Below, piece after piece: positions 8,979 to 17,476 of a DNA stretch of 64,000 bases. This DNA is from a virus, in IMG/VR virus record IMGVR_UViG_3300005537_000024, positions 1 to 64,000 of that record; one strand, 5' to 3'. The notes under the pieces were generated by a model, which was given only the letters and a program-made list of their open reading frames with translations, was not told the DNA's origin and did no database searches. Every line of letters starts with the position of its first letter. Position 1 is the first letter of the stretch. The position numbers and the translations under genes are program-made.

Positions 8979-9190
8979 TCGGGGTCTCTCCTTCGATGCT
9001 CCTCGCAGGCGAACGACCCGTCCCGGAAACACCCGCAGAGGAGCTCGAAGCGCGGGTATCGGTCGACGGTCAGGCGGCCGCCCTCGGCGACCACGACGTG
9101 GCCGGCGTAGAGGGCGGGGCGGAGGTCGGGCGGGGAGTCCTCGCCGGACATGATGGCGTTGACGGCGGCCTGGGCGGGGTGCTCCTTCAC
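8975..9190 (-). CDS. Hypothetical protein
   Basis: GTGA-coupled 71 aa ORF. Confidence 0.5.
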   Translation of the reverse strand: MKEHPAQAAVNAIMSGEDSPPDLRPALYAGHVVVAEGGRLTVDRYPRFELLCGCFRDGSFACEEHRRRDPE

Positions 9191-9312
9191 GACGCCCTCG
9201 CGAGCATCACGAAGTAGAGCCGCGCCAGGGCGAACACGCCGACGCAGAAGGCGGCCGCGGCCAGGCGGTCGAACCAGGTGGGCAACAGGTCTCTCGTGGG
9301 AAGGTTTCTCAT
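9187..9312 (-). CDS. Small single-TM peptide, first gene of leftward operon
   Basis: 41 aa MRNLPTRDLLPTWFDRLAAAAFCVGVFALARLYFVMLARAS; GAGGGA RBS. Confidence 0.45.
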   Translation of the reverse strand: MRNLPTRDLLPTWFDRLAAAAFCVGVFALARLYFVMLARAS

Positions 9313-9349
9313 CCGATCGTCCCTCAGGTCAGGTTACGTCGCGAATCAG

Positions 9350-9378
9350 ATATAGGGAATTTCCTCCCCGCCGTCTAG
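9350..9378 (-). promoter_or_regulatory. Leftward early sigma70-type promoter
   Basis: Minus strand CTAGAC-N17-CTATAT, close to the rhizobial RpoD consensus CTTGAC-N17-CTATAT, at the divergence point. Confidence 0.65.
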
Positions 9379-9446
9379 CCCCCCTAGTCAACCGCGAGGT
9401 AAAGGGTTAATTTTCTACCATCAACCTGGGAACGGAGAAAACGCAC

Positions 9447-9704
9447 GTGATCGCGGAGATCGTCAAAAACAACCTGATCGCCATCGCCACCGCCTACCGC
9501 CGCGGGACGGGCGCCTCGCTCACGCAGATCAGCAAGGACTTCTACGGGAACTCGAACTTCTTCGCGTCGCTCAAGAACGGGTCGCACAGCGTCAGCGTGC
9601 GCAAGCTCGACGAGATGATCGAGCAGTTCCGGGAGCGGTGGCCGGCTGATACCCACTGGCCCCCCGTCCGGGTGATCTCGATGGGGCAGAAGCCGCAAGA
9701 GTGA
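9447..9704 (+). CDS. Cro-like HTH transcriptional regulator
   Basis: First rightward gene; SLTQISKDFYGNSNFFASLKNG resembles alphaproteobacterial phage Cro-like proteins. Confidence 0.65.
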   Translation: MIAEIVKNNLIAIATAYRRGTGASLTQISKDFYGNSNFFASLKNGSHSVSVRKLDEMIEQFRERWPADTHWPPVRVISMGQKPQE

Positions 9705-9786
9705 GAAAATTAGCCCCCGGACTCTTGCCGCGGACTCTCGAATCGCCTACCTGCGCGCTGTCGAGCCCAAGCGACGGAGGCGACCG

Positions 9787-9966
9787 ATGGCGCGCCGGAA
9801 GGACGATAACGTGGAGCAGAACATCGCCGTCCCGCTCGACGGCGACACGCGAGAGTGGCTCTCAAGGCTATCCCTCGCGACCGGCGACCCGATGGGCCGG
9901 ATCGTCGCGTCCATGCTAAGGGACATACGCGCCGACGACGAAGCGTGTCATAGTCAACTGCACTGA
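9787..9966 (+). CDS. Small RHH/CII-like protein
   Basis: 59 aa ORF not in the track (MARRKDDNVEQNIAVPLDGDTREWL...); GGAGG RBS. Confidence 0.5.
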   Translation: MARRKDDNVEQNIAVPLDGDTREWLSRLSLATGDPMGRIVASMLRDIRADDEACHSQLH

Positions 9967-9984
9967 ACAAGCGAAAGGACCACG

Positions 9985-10353
9985 ATGGCCAGGAAGCCAA
10001 AGACGGACGGTGCGAGGCCCGCGATCTCGCAGCCGAAGCTCAAGTCGCTCATGGCGACCGCGCGGGGCGCGAAGAAGGACATCGCCGAGATCTCGGGGAG
10101 CCTCGGCGAGCAGATCAAGACGGCGGTCGAGAACAACCACCTCAACCGGAAGGTCTTCCGGCAGATCGTCGCGCTCGACCGCATGGAACCGGCGACGCTG
10201 CGGCGCTGGCTCGAGGACTTCGAGCACTACCTCGACATCAGCGGGCTCCAGGCGCGCGCGGACTCGGCCCCCGAGCTCCCGATCGCCGGGGAGGAGGACG
10301 GCGAGGACAACGTCAAGCCGTTCCCGTCGCCGACGTCGGTCGCCGCGGAGTGA
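9985..10353 (+). CDS. GapR/DUF2312-like nucleoid-associated protein
   Basis: KLKSL...IKTAVE..LNRKVFRQIVALDRM...EHYLDISG follows the GapR helical pattern. Confidence 0.6.
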   Translation: MARKPKTDGARPAISQPKLKSLMATARGAKKDIAEISGSLGEQIKTAVENNHLNRKVFRQIVALDRMEPATLRRWLEDFEHYLDISGLQARADSAPELPIAGEEDGEDNVKPFPSPTSVAAE

Positions 10354-10856
10354 TCGTCCTCGGGATCGACCCGGGGCTGAGCGGCGCCCTCGCGCTCGTC
10401 GAGGGCGGCCCGGACGTACACCCGCGCCTGCTCGCGGTCGCGGACATCCCCACGACGGGGGAGAAAGCGAAGCGGCGCGTCCACGTCGCCGGCGTGCTCG
10501 AGTTCGTCCGGCGGTTCCCGCCGGCCCACGCGTTTATCGAGCGGGCGCAGGCGATGCCGGACCAGGGGGCGAGCAGCGGGTTCGTGTACGGGCGGGCCGT
10601 CGGCGCGCTCGAAGCGTGCGTCGACGGCCTCATGATCCCGAGCACGGTCATCGAGTCGACGGCCTGGAAGAAGGCGCACGCCCTGATCAAGCGCGAGAAG
10701 GAGGATAGCCGGCAACGGGCGATCAAGCTGTTCCCGGGGGTCCCCGGCTTCGAGCGCATGAAGGACCACAACCGGGCCGAGGCGGCGCTGATCGCGTGGT
10801 ACGGGCTCGCGCTCCTGCGCGGCCAGGGCCTCGACTTCGAGCGCACGGCGGCGTGA
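10350..10856 (+). CDS. ruvC: RuvC-like Holliday junction resolvase
   Basis: IVLGIDPG, FIER, WKK, DHNRAEAALIA. Confidence 0.88.
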   Translation: MIVLGIDPGLSGALALVEGGPDVHPRLLAVADIPTTGEKAKRRVHVAGVLEFVRRFPPAHAFIERAQAMPDQGASSGFVYGRAVGALEACVDGLMIPSTVIESTAWKKAHALIKREKEDSRQRAIKLFPGVPGFERMKDHNRAEAALIAWYGLALLRGQGLDFERTAA

Positions 10857-10861
10857 CGCCC

Positions 10862-11254
10862 GTGACCGACTTCCGCGACGCTATCGTGAGGAGGCTTAGG
10901 GAGGAGAACGACGAGCTACGCGAGCGGGTCAGGCAGCTCGAGGAGCTATTCTACGGCGGCGACGAGTTCACGCCGCCCGAGTGGGGCCTCACGGCGCAGG
11001 AGCAGATCCTATTCTGGCTCCTCGTCCGGCGCCGGCACGTGACGCGGGACCAGGCCATGACGGCGCTCTACAGCGACCGGGCGGACTGCGACGTCGACCC
11101 GAAGGTCGTCGACGTGTTCGTCTGCAAGATGCGCGCGAAGCTCGGGCGCCACGGCATCAGCATCGCGACGCACTGGGGGAGAGGCTTCGAGCTCGACGCG
11201 GCGACGCGGGCGCGGTTCCGGCGCCCGCTCCCCGCCGCGCAGAGGAGGGCGTGA
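10862..11254 (+). CDS. OmpR/PhoB-type winged-helix protein, CtrA-like, no receiver domain
   Basis: LTAQE...PKVVDVFVCKMRAKL...IATHWGRGF; N-terminal coiled coil. Confidence 0.8.
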   Translation: MTDFRDAIVRRLREENDELRERVRQLEELFYGGDEFTPPEWGLTAQEQILFWLLVRRRHVTRDQAMTALYSDRADCDVDPKVVDVFVCKMRAKLGRHGISIATHWGRGFELDAATRARFRRPLPAAQRRA

Positions 11255-11895
11255 TGCTCGACCGGACCGAGCGCCTGGACGACCCGCTCCTCGCCGGCCT
11301 CCCGGACGGGCACTTCGGCGCGATCCTCTGCGACCCGCCGTGGCGGTTCAAGACGTGGAACAACGTGACCGCTATCAAGCGGCGCGGGAAGGGGACGAAC
11401 GTTTCCAGCGCGGTTCACTATAGGACGATGACGCTCGCAGAGATCGCCGCGGTCCCGGTCGGCAGCGCCGCCGCGCCGGACTGCGCGCTATTCCTATGGA
11501 TCTCCTGGCCGATGCTGAGGGACGCGCTCAAGGTCATCGAGTGGTGGGGGTTCGAGTACAAGACCTGCGCGTTCGACTGGGCGAAGGCGCGCGTCGACCA
11601 GATCGACATGTTCCGCGACGACGCGGACGCGAGCATGGGGATGGGCTACTGGACGCGGGCCAACACGGAGCCGTGCCTCCTCGCGACGCGCGGCCGGCCG
11701 CGGCGCCTGCACAGGGACGTTCGCATGGGGGTCATCGAGCCGCGGCGCGAGCACTCGCGCAAGCCGGACTGCGTGCACAAGCGGATCGAGCGGCTCGTCG
11801 GCGGACCGTACCTGGAGCTCTGGGCCCGGCAGGACCGGCCCGGGTGGACGGTCCGGGGCGACGAGGTCGGGAAGTTCAGGGAGGCGGCAGAGTAA
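11254..11895 (+). CDS. MT-A70 family N6-adenine methyltransferase
   Basis: ILCDPPW, LFLW, GMGYWTRANTE, REHSRKP, YLELWAR. Confidence 0.92.
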   Translation: MLDRTERLDDPLLAGLPDGHFGAILCDPPWRFKTWNNVTAIKRRGKGTNVSSAVHYRTMTLAEIAAVPVGSAAAPDCALFLWISWPMLRDALKVIEWWGFEYKTCAFDWAKARVDQIDMFRDDADASMGMGYWTRANTEPCLLATRGRPRRLHRDVRMGVIEPRREHSRKPDCVHKRIERLVGGPYLELWARQDRPGWTVRGDEVGKFREAAE

Positions 11896-12274
11896 GCCGC
11901 AATTCATGTTGAAAGCGGAGTTTTCAAGATACCCTTGCGCCGCAGAGCTTTGAGCAAGATCGCCGACCTTGCGGTCATGAGTGCAGTGATCGCCGGGGCG
12001 ATCGCCGCCGGCCGGCTCCTCGCCTGGCTCCCGGCAGCGGCCGACAAAGAATGTTACGCCGCCCTTGGGGCGATCGAGTCTGGACGGGCGGGGTTCCCAT
12101 CGGAATAGAATCGGACTAAAAAGGTCGCCCCGGTCGGGCCATCACACCCGCCGGGGCCGATCCGCGAATCTGTTCTGGAGGGGCGCGCGGACCACGAGGT
12201 TTATATATCGCGAGACCTCGTGTTCGACAACCCCTCCGACCGATGGAATCCTTCGCCCTTGGAGGGGCTTGAGC

Positions 12275-13108
12275 ATGGTCTCTTACTATCAGCACGACAT
12301 CGCGTCCTGGATGGACGGGACGGAGAACCTCAGCGACGGCGCCTACCGGCTATACCACGTTATCTGTCAGCTCATTTACCTGCACGAAGGGCCGATCGTA
12401 TACAACGCGCGAGGGCTCGCTGGCCGATGCAGCATGCGCCACGAGCTAGTCACCCGCTACTATATCCCGCAGCTCCTCAAGGCCGGGAAAATAACGATCG
12501 AAAACGGCAAGATCAGCAACGTCCGGTGCCGGTCTGAGCTGTCGAAGATCGAGGACCGCCGCGTCGCCCGCCGCAGTGCCCCGCCTACGCCCCGCTCCCC
12601 GTCCGCTATAGGTCCGCCCCTAGTCCGCTCCCCTCCCGCTTCCCCTCCGCTCCCTTCTAAGCCTTTGAAAAACAACGGCCCGGAACCTCCTACTATACTA
12701 GACTCACTAGACTTAATAGACTCAAGGGAAGAAACGCGCGCGCGGCGCGCTTGGCCCTTCGACGAGTTCTGGAAGGTGTTCCCGAACAAGGTGGGCAAGC
12801 AGGCTGCGGAGAAGTCGTTCCGCAGGGTCGAGCGGTCTAGGGCAGTCTCGTTCGAGGAGCTAATGGCGGCGCTGCGGCGCTATGCCGGGAAGACGGACGA
12901 CCGCCCGTGGTGCAATCCGACGACCTGGCTGAACCAGGGGCGGTGGGAGGACCGCCCGGCGAGCGGCCCGCAGCCGCCGCCCCATCCCCCGGCGCCGGTC
13001 GACCCGGCGAAGGAGGCCGCGCGGGCGGAGCGCCGCGCCCGGGAGCAGGCTGAGTACGACGAGTGGAAACGACAGAATGGAGGTCAGGATGCCCGGCTTT
13101 CGCTTTGA
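12275..13108 (+). CDS. Phage replication initiator (DUF1376/YdaU-like)
   Basis: YYQHDIASWMDGTENLS N-terminus; FDEFWKVFP.KVGK...NPTTWLNQGRWED C-terminus; GGAGG RBS. Confidence 0.85.
   Translation: MVSYYQHDIASWMDGTENLSDGAYRLYHVICQLIYLHEGPIVYNARGLAGRCSMRHELVTRYYIPQLLKAGKITIENGKISNVRCRSELSKIEDRRVARRSAPPTPRSPSAIGPPLVRSPPASPPLPSKPLKNNGPEPPTILDSLDLIDSREETRARRAWPFDEFWKVFPNKVGKQAAEKSFRRVERSRAVSFEELMAALRRYAGKTDDRPWCNPTTWLNQGRWEDRPASGPQPPPHPPAPVDPAKEAARAERRAREQAEYDEWKRQNGGQDARLSL
12576..12723 (+). repeat. Putative replication origin inside the initiator gene
   Basis: Seven 11-bp phased units with CCGC core (12576-12652), then an AT-richer tract with three 9-bp A(C/A)TAGACT(C/T) repeats (12697-12723). 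Confidence 0.7.
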
Positions 13109-13709
13109 CGGCATGGGGACGAAGCAGCGCGTCTACTGGGAGCGGGCGCTCGCGTTCATGGGCGCGGAGGCCACGCGCGGCTCGACGTTCGAGCTGCGGG
13201 AGGGGACGTCGCAGTGGCGCAAGTGGCGGCAGTATTTCGAGCGGCACCTCGGATTCATGCCGAAGGGGATGCTGATGCTCGCGCGCGGCCAGATCGGCTG
13301 CTTCCTCGTCCCGACGGAGTGGCCGGACGAGTTCGACCCGCTGTTCTCCTACGACCAGGCCCGCGACCCGCCGAGGCCGGCCGCGCCGAGCCCGCAAGAG
13401 CAGGCGCGGGTGTCGGGGAAGTTCGACAAGCTCCTCGGGACGATGCGGATGCGCTCGATGAACGAAGCCGAGCGGGAGAAGGCTCGCGCGGAGGCGACGC
13501 GCCGATCGGCGGAAACCTCGCAGCGCATGATCGAGGCGGAGTATCGCCGCCTCGGGATCGAACCGGTGACCTCGAACGGCCTCACCGTCTCGCTCGCGAT
13601 GCTTAGGCGGCAGGGGTGGACGGTCGAGGAGGTCGGCGGGGCAAGGGTCCTCGTGGCCCCGGCCCGCATGGCCGCGCAGGTGGAGGGACGAAAGAGCTGG
13701 GAGGAATGA
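13089..13709 (+). CDS. Hypothetical protein in replication module
   Basis: GGAGG RBS; directly follows the initiator. Confidence 0.6.
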   Translation: MPGFRFDGMGTKQRVYWERALAFMGAEATRGSTFELREGTSQWRKWRQYFERHLGFMPKGMLMLARGQIGCFLVPTEWPDEFDPLFSYDQARDPPRPAAPSPQEQARVSGKFDKLLGTMRMRSMNEAEREKARAEATRRSAETSQRMIEAEYRRLGIEPVTSNGLTVSLAMLRRQGWTVEEVGGARVLVAPARMAAQVEGRKSWEE

Positions 13710-13713
13710 ACCC

Positions 13714-13896
13714 GTGAAGGTCGGCGACGTGGTTGAGGTCCGCAGGATGCAACAGTTAGGCCCGGACGAGTGGAGGCCGGCGCTAGTCGCAGAAGTGCAA
13801 CAAGAAAAGTTCCGCGTGGAGTTTATCGCAACTAAGGACGGACCGCCGACTTGGTTGCCAAAAAGTCAGGGCGGTTGGATGTGGAAGACGGAGTGA
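13714..13896 (+). CDS. Small Tudor/SH3-like protein
   Basis: KVGDVVEV...WRPALV...FRVEF. Confidence 0.5.
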   Translation: MKVGDVVEVRRMQQLGPDEWRPALVAEVQQEKFRVEFIATKDGPPTWLPKSQGGWMWKTE

Positions 13897-13898
13897 AC

Positions 13899-14255
13899 AT
13901 GCGAGTGGCGTCTGATCAGATGACGGGAATGCTCAAGAGCTTCGACAACCGGAAGGGGTTCGGGTTCCTGATCCCGGACGACCCGGGGCCGACGATGGGC
14001 CGGGACGTGTTCGTGCACGTGACCCAGACGGGGTCGATGAGGTTGACGATCGGGCAGAGGTTCGCGTTCGACCTCGCGGCCCACGACGGGAAGGGGCTTC
14101 AGGCCACGAACCTGCGGTCGCTCTCCGACCCCATGCGGGTCGCCGCGGCGGCCGCGATGGAATGGCTCAAGGCGAACGTCGACGCGACGCACGACGTTAG
14201 CGGGGTCCGCGGCGTGATCGCCGCGCTCGAAAACGCCCTGAGCAGATCGCGGTGA
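13899..14255 (+). CDS. Cold-shock domain protein with C-terminal helical extension
   Basis: RNP1 KGFGFL and RNP2 VFVH motifs. Confidence 0.85.
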   Translation: MRVASDQMTGMLKSFDNRKGFGFLIPDDPGPTMGRDVFVHVTQTGSMRLTIGQRFAFDLAAHDGKGLQATNLRSLSDPMRVAAAAAMEWLKANVDATHDVSGVRGVIAALENALSRSR

Positions 14256-14476
14256 GGGAGAGCAAGAGGGCGGACGCTTGGCTCGGGGCGCTGGTCCCGG
14301 CGCCGAGTATGACAAGGCCGCTGGTTCAGGCGTTCCTCGCGATCGACCCGGACTTCCTGCCGCCCGCGCGGTGGGTCAGCGACGACGTCCTGTGGGACTA
14401 CGCCGCGTACGTGGCCGACGCGGAGCGCCGCGGCGAGCGGCGGTCGAGGTACGCGAAGCCGAAGAGCTACCGGTGA
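14252..14476 (+). CDS. Hypothetical protein
   Basis: GTGA-coupled ORF. Confidence 0.5.
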   Translation: MRESKRADAWLGALVPAPSMTRPLVQAFLAIDPDFLPPARWVSDDVLWDYAAYVADAERRGERRSRYAKPKSYR

Positions 14477-14832
14477 CGTTCGAGCACCCACACGACGCGG
14501 CGATGGCGGGGATGCGCGACGGCATCCTCGGGTCGCCGCCGCGGCACGTGGGGAACTTCTGCGAGGTCTACGAGCGCGGCTACGTGCTCGGGGGCGGCGA
14601 GCGGCGGCGGAGGGAGAAGCTGATGAAGCGCGGGACGAAGGTGAGCTACCGGTCGATCGACGGGCAGGTCTACGAGGGCGTCCTGTTCTGCGACGTGCGC
14701 GCGGACGGGACCGTGGGGGTCGACGTGGACGTGCCGACGTGCAAGGACAACCCGCTCTCGCTCACGCGGGTCAACTGGAGCGACGCCCCGAGCGACAAGA
14801 GCTACACGGCGTGGCCGAGGGAGGGCGCGTGA
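14473..14832 (+). CDS. Hypothetical protein
   Basis: GTGA-coupled at both ends. Confidence 0.5.
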   Translation: MTFEHPHDAAMAGMRDGILGSPPRHVGNFCEVYERGYVLGGGERRRREKLMKRGTKVSYRSIDGQVYEGVLFCDVRADGTVGVDVDVPTCKDNPLSLTRVNWSDAPSDKSYTAWPREGA

Positions 14833-15410
14833 CTAAGCCGAGGATCGAGAGCTCCTGGCCGGCGTCGAAGGTCTCGCTGTGGCCGATCGACAAGATCATC
14901 CCGTACGAGAACAACCCGCGCACGCACCCCCCGGCGCAGATAGACCTCCTCGCGCGGTCGATGCTGGAGGACGGGGTGACGACGCCGATCCTCGTCGACG
15001 AGGAGGGAGTGATCATCGCCGGCCACGGGCGACTGATGGCGTCGATGCAGAACGGGTTCAAAAAGTACCCCGTCGCCGTCGCGCGCGGGTGGACCGAGGA
15101 GCGCAAGCGCGCGGTCCGCGTCAAGGACAACCAGTACGGCCTCATGAGCGGGTGGGACCGCGAGCTGATCCGCGGCGAGATCGCGTTCCTCTCGGGCGCC
15201 GGCGAGGACGTGTCCCTGCTCGGCTTCGGCGACGCGCAGCTCGTCCAGTTCACGACGCTGCCGGGTCCGCCGTCCGAGTTCCAGGCGTTCGGCGAGGACA
15301 TCCCCGTGACCCACCGCTGCCCGAAGTGCGGGTACACGGGTTCTGGCGACTGGAGGGCGAAGCCGCAGGAGCCGGCGGCGCCGAAGAAGGGGAACGGGAA
15401 GAACCGGTGA
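14829..15410 (+). CDS. ParB/Srx-like N-terminal domain protein with C-terminal CPKCG
   Basis: IIPYENNPRTH...PILVDE..IIAGHGRL. Confidence 0.88.
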   Translation: MTKPRIESSWPASKVSLWPIDKIIPYENNPRTHPPAQIDLLARSMLEDGVTTPILVDEEGVIIAGHGRLMASMQNGFKKYPVAVARGWTEERKRAVRVKDNQYGLMSGWDRELIRGEIAFLSGAGEDVSLLGFGDAQLVQFTTLPGPPSEFQAFGEDIPVTHRCPKCGYTGSGDWRAKPQEPAAPKKGNGKNR

Positions 15411-16906
15411 AGCCCCCGTACCGCGTCCCTACGATGGCGGAGGTCGCCGCCACCCCTCGAAACGGCCTCAAGATCTTATCGACCTTCAGCGGCGCCGGGG
15501 GCTCGTGCCTCGGCTTCCGGATGGCCGGGTTCGAGGTCCTCTGGGCGAGCGAGTTCGTCGAGGCGGCGCGCGAGGTCTACGCGGCGAACGCCGGCCCGGG
15601 GACCGTGCTTGACGGAAGGGACATCCGGCTTGTCGACCCGGTCGAAGTGCTTGACGAGCTCGGCCTCGCGGTTGGCGAGCTCGACGTGCTCGAAGGGTCG
15701 CCCCCCTGCGCGAGCTTCTCGACGGCGGGCAAGCGGTCGGCGCATTGGGGGAAGGTCAAGAAGTACTCCGACACGGAGCAGCGGACCGACGACCTGTTCT
15801 TCGAGTACGTCCGCTTCCTGCGGGCGATGCGGCCGCGGGCGTTCGTCGCGGAGAACGTGAGCGGGCTCGTGAAGGGGGTCGCGAAGGGGTACTTCCTCGA
15901 GGTCCTCGCCGCGATGAAGGGCTGCGGCTACCGGGTCGAGGCGCGGCTCCTCGACGCGCAGTGGCTCGGGGTTCCGCAGCAGCGCCAGCGGATCATCTTC
16001 GTCGGCGCGCGCGAGGACCTCGGGGTCGACCCGGCGTTCCCTTCGCCGCTTCCCTACCGCTACAGCGTCCGCGACGCGATCCCGCACGCCTCCGCCGTCG
16101 GAGGCGTGCGGGCAACCGGCTTCAGCGGGTCCAAGATGGCCCGGTCGTCGAGCCCGTCGCCGACGATCATGGCCGGCGGCGGGAACGGGATGAACACGTC
16201 GCAGTTCGGGATCGAGGTCGAGCCGGAATGCGACATCTCCCGCTTCGCGATCGGCCGATCCGCCGGCGAACTCAACCCCGGGAAGTACCACCCGAAGCAC
16301 AAGCAGCTCATCGTCGCCGACCCGTCCGAGCCGAACCCGACGATTTCCCAGCGGCACGGCGGCGCCGGCGTGGCGTCCGTCGTGATCGAGGCGCGCAGGG
16401 TCGCTCACAGCGACACGGTCCCGGAGAACGTCGGCGCGTCGCTAGAGGGCTACGCCGTCGGCGCAGAGTACGATCGCCTGAACCCGGGGCAGTCGTCGGA
16501 CCGGTTCTTCAACCTCGTGCGGGCCGACCTAGACCAGCCGTCCCCGACCATAACCGGGCAGGGAAGCGGGGCCGGCGCGGGAGTCCCCGGTAGCGTGGCC
16601 TCGGTCTGCCATCCGACCGAGAAGCGCAAGTTCGCGATCGCCGAGCTGCGGCGGATATGCGGGTTTCCGGACGACTTCGCGCTCTCGGGGACCTACGCGC
16701 AGCAGTGGGAGCGGCTCGGCCGCGCCGTGCCGCCCCCGATGGCCTGCGCGATCGCGTTCAAGGTCGCGGAGATGCTCGCAAAAGCTCCGCCCAAAACGAC
16801 TGCGCGCGCTCGACGTTCTCGGGCCGGTTCCACCAAAGGCTTTTCCCCGAAGGGTGGGGGCAGACGGCCACGTGCGCGCAGTCGCGGGCGAAGCGCGACC
16901 ACTTGA
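15407..16906 (+). CDS. DNA cytosine-C5 methyltransferase fold; probable carboxymethyltransferase
   Basis: Motifs I FSGAGG, IV GSPPC, VI ENV, VIII QQRQR; motif X reads LGRAVPP rather than GNAV. Confidence 0.9.
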   Translation: MKPPYRVPTMAEVAATPRNGLKILSTFSGAGGSCLGFRMAGFEVLWASEFVEAAREVYAANAGPGTVLDGRDIRLVDPVEVLDELGLAVGELDVLEGSPPCASFSTAGKRSAHWGKVKKYSDTEQRTDDLFFEYVRFLRAMRPRAFVAENVSGLVKGVAKGYFLEVLAAMKGCGYRVEARLLDAQWLGVPQQRQRIIFVGAREDLGVDPAFPSPLPYRYSVRDAIPHASAVGGVRATGFSGSKMARSSSPSPTIMAGGGNGMNTSQFGIEVEPECDISRFAIGRSAGELNPGKYHPKHKQLIVADPSEPNPTISQRHGGAGVASVVIEARRVAHSDTVPENVGASLEGYAVGAEYDRLNPGQSSDRFFNLVRADLDQPSPTITGQGSGAGAGVPGSVASVCHPTEKRKFAIAELRRICGFPDDFALSGTYAQQWERLGRAVPPPMACAIAFKVAEMLAKAPPKTTARARRSRAGSTKGFSPKGGGRRPRARSRGRSATT

Positions 16907-17216
16907 GCGGCTCAAGCTGCCGGAGCCCTAACGCCCCGGCGACGCTGGCCCCGAGCAGGACGACGACGTCCCTGGCCGCGACGACCTCCGCCATCGCCGC
17001 CGCGGCGGCCTTTGCCTCCGCCATCGGGAAGCGATCGCCGCCGGAGGGCGAGGGGCCGGGCCAGTATGAGAGCAGGTTCGCCCGGTCGAACCGCGCCAGG
17101 AAGCTGGTCCGACCGAGCCCGCAGAGGGCGGCGAGCCGCCGGCCGGAACGACCGGACAGCGGCTCCCCGAGGACGGAGCGGCGCGAGGGCGCCTGCCCGA
17201 TGATGAGGGGCTTCAT
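16758..17216 (-). CDS. Uracil-DNA glycosylase superfamily protein
   Basis: IIGQAP, GRSGRRL, ANLL, VLLG, PHPSG motifs. Confidence 0.8.
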   Translation of the reverse strand: MKPLIIGQAPSRRSVLGEPLSGRSGRRLAALCGLGRTSFLARFDRANLLSYWPGPSPSGGDRFPMAEAKAAAAAMAEVVAARDVVVLLGASVAGALGLRQLEPLKWSRFARDCAHVAVCPHPSGKSLWWNRPENVERAQSFWAELLRASPRP

Positions 17217-17476
17217 GCAGCATCGTCCTCGACTTCGTCCCGGAGGACGATCTGGTCGGAGGTCCACTCCGTGCCGTCTTCGGCTAGGAAAACCGGCTTG
17301 TCGTCCCGAATCACGGTCTCCTGGTCGTCCCAAAAAACCGTTGTTGCTCCCAGCCAGTCGAAAGTGACGTTGCCGTCCTTGTCTCTCTCGAAGGAGTCGT
17401 CGGTGATCTCGGCGCGAGCCGAAACCACTTCCAGGGTGCCCATGATGGGCGACCCGTTGGGAGCGAACGCCCTCAT
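17213..17476 (-). CDS. Hypothetical acidic protein
   Basis: ATGA-coupled 87 aa ORF. Confidence 0.55.
   Translation of the reverse strand: MRAFAPNGSPIMGTLEVVSARAEITDDSFERDKDGNVTFDWLGATTVFWDDQETVIRDDKPVFLAEDGTEWTSDQIVLRDEVEDDAA

Noticed and set aside
9395-9425. CtrA box in the divergent region
   Set aside because: Only one TTAA half-site; no full TTAA-N7-TTAA
12576-12723. CRISPR array or tandem-repeat locus
   Set aside because: Units are 9-11 bp, degenerate, have no spacers and lie in a CDS; no cas genes; better explained as an origin
14879-15406. 5' extension making the C5 MTase 675 aa
   Set aside because: Low-complexity overlap with the ParB-like gene; GTG at 15407 is coupled to the ParB stop
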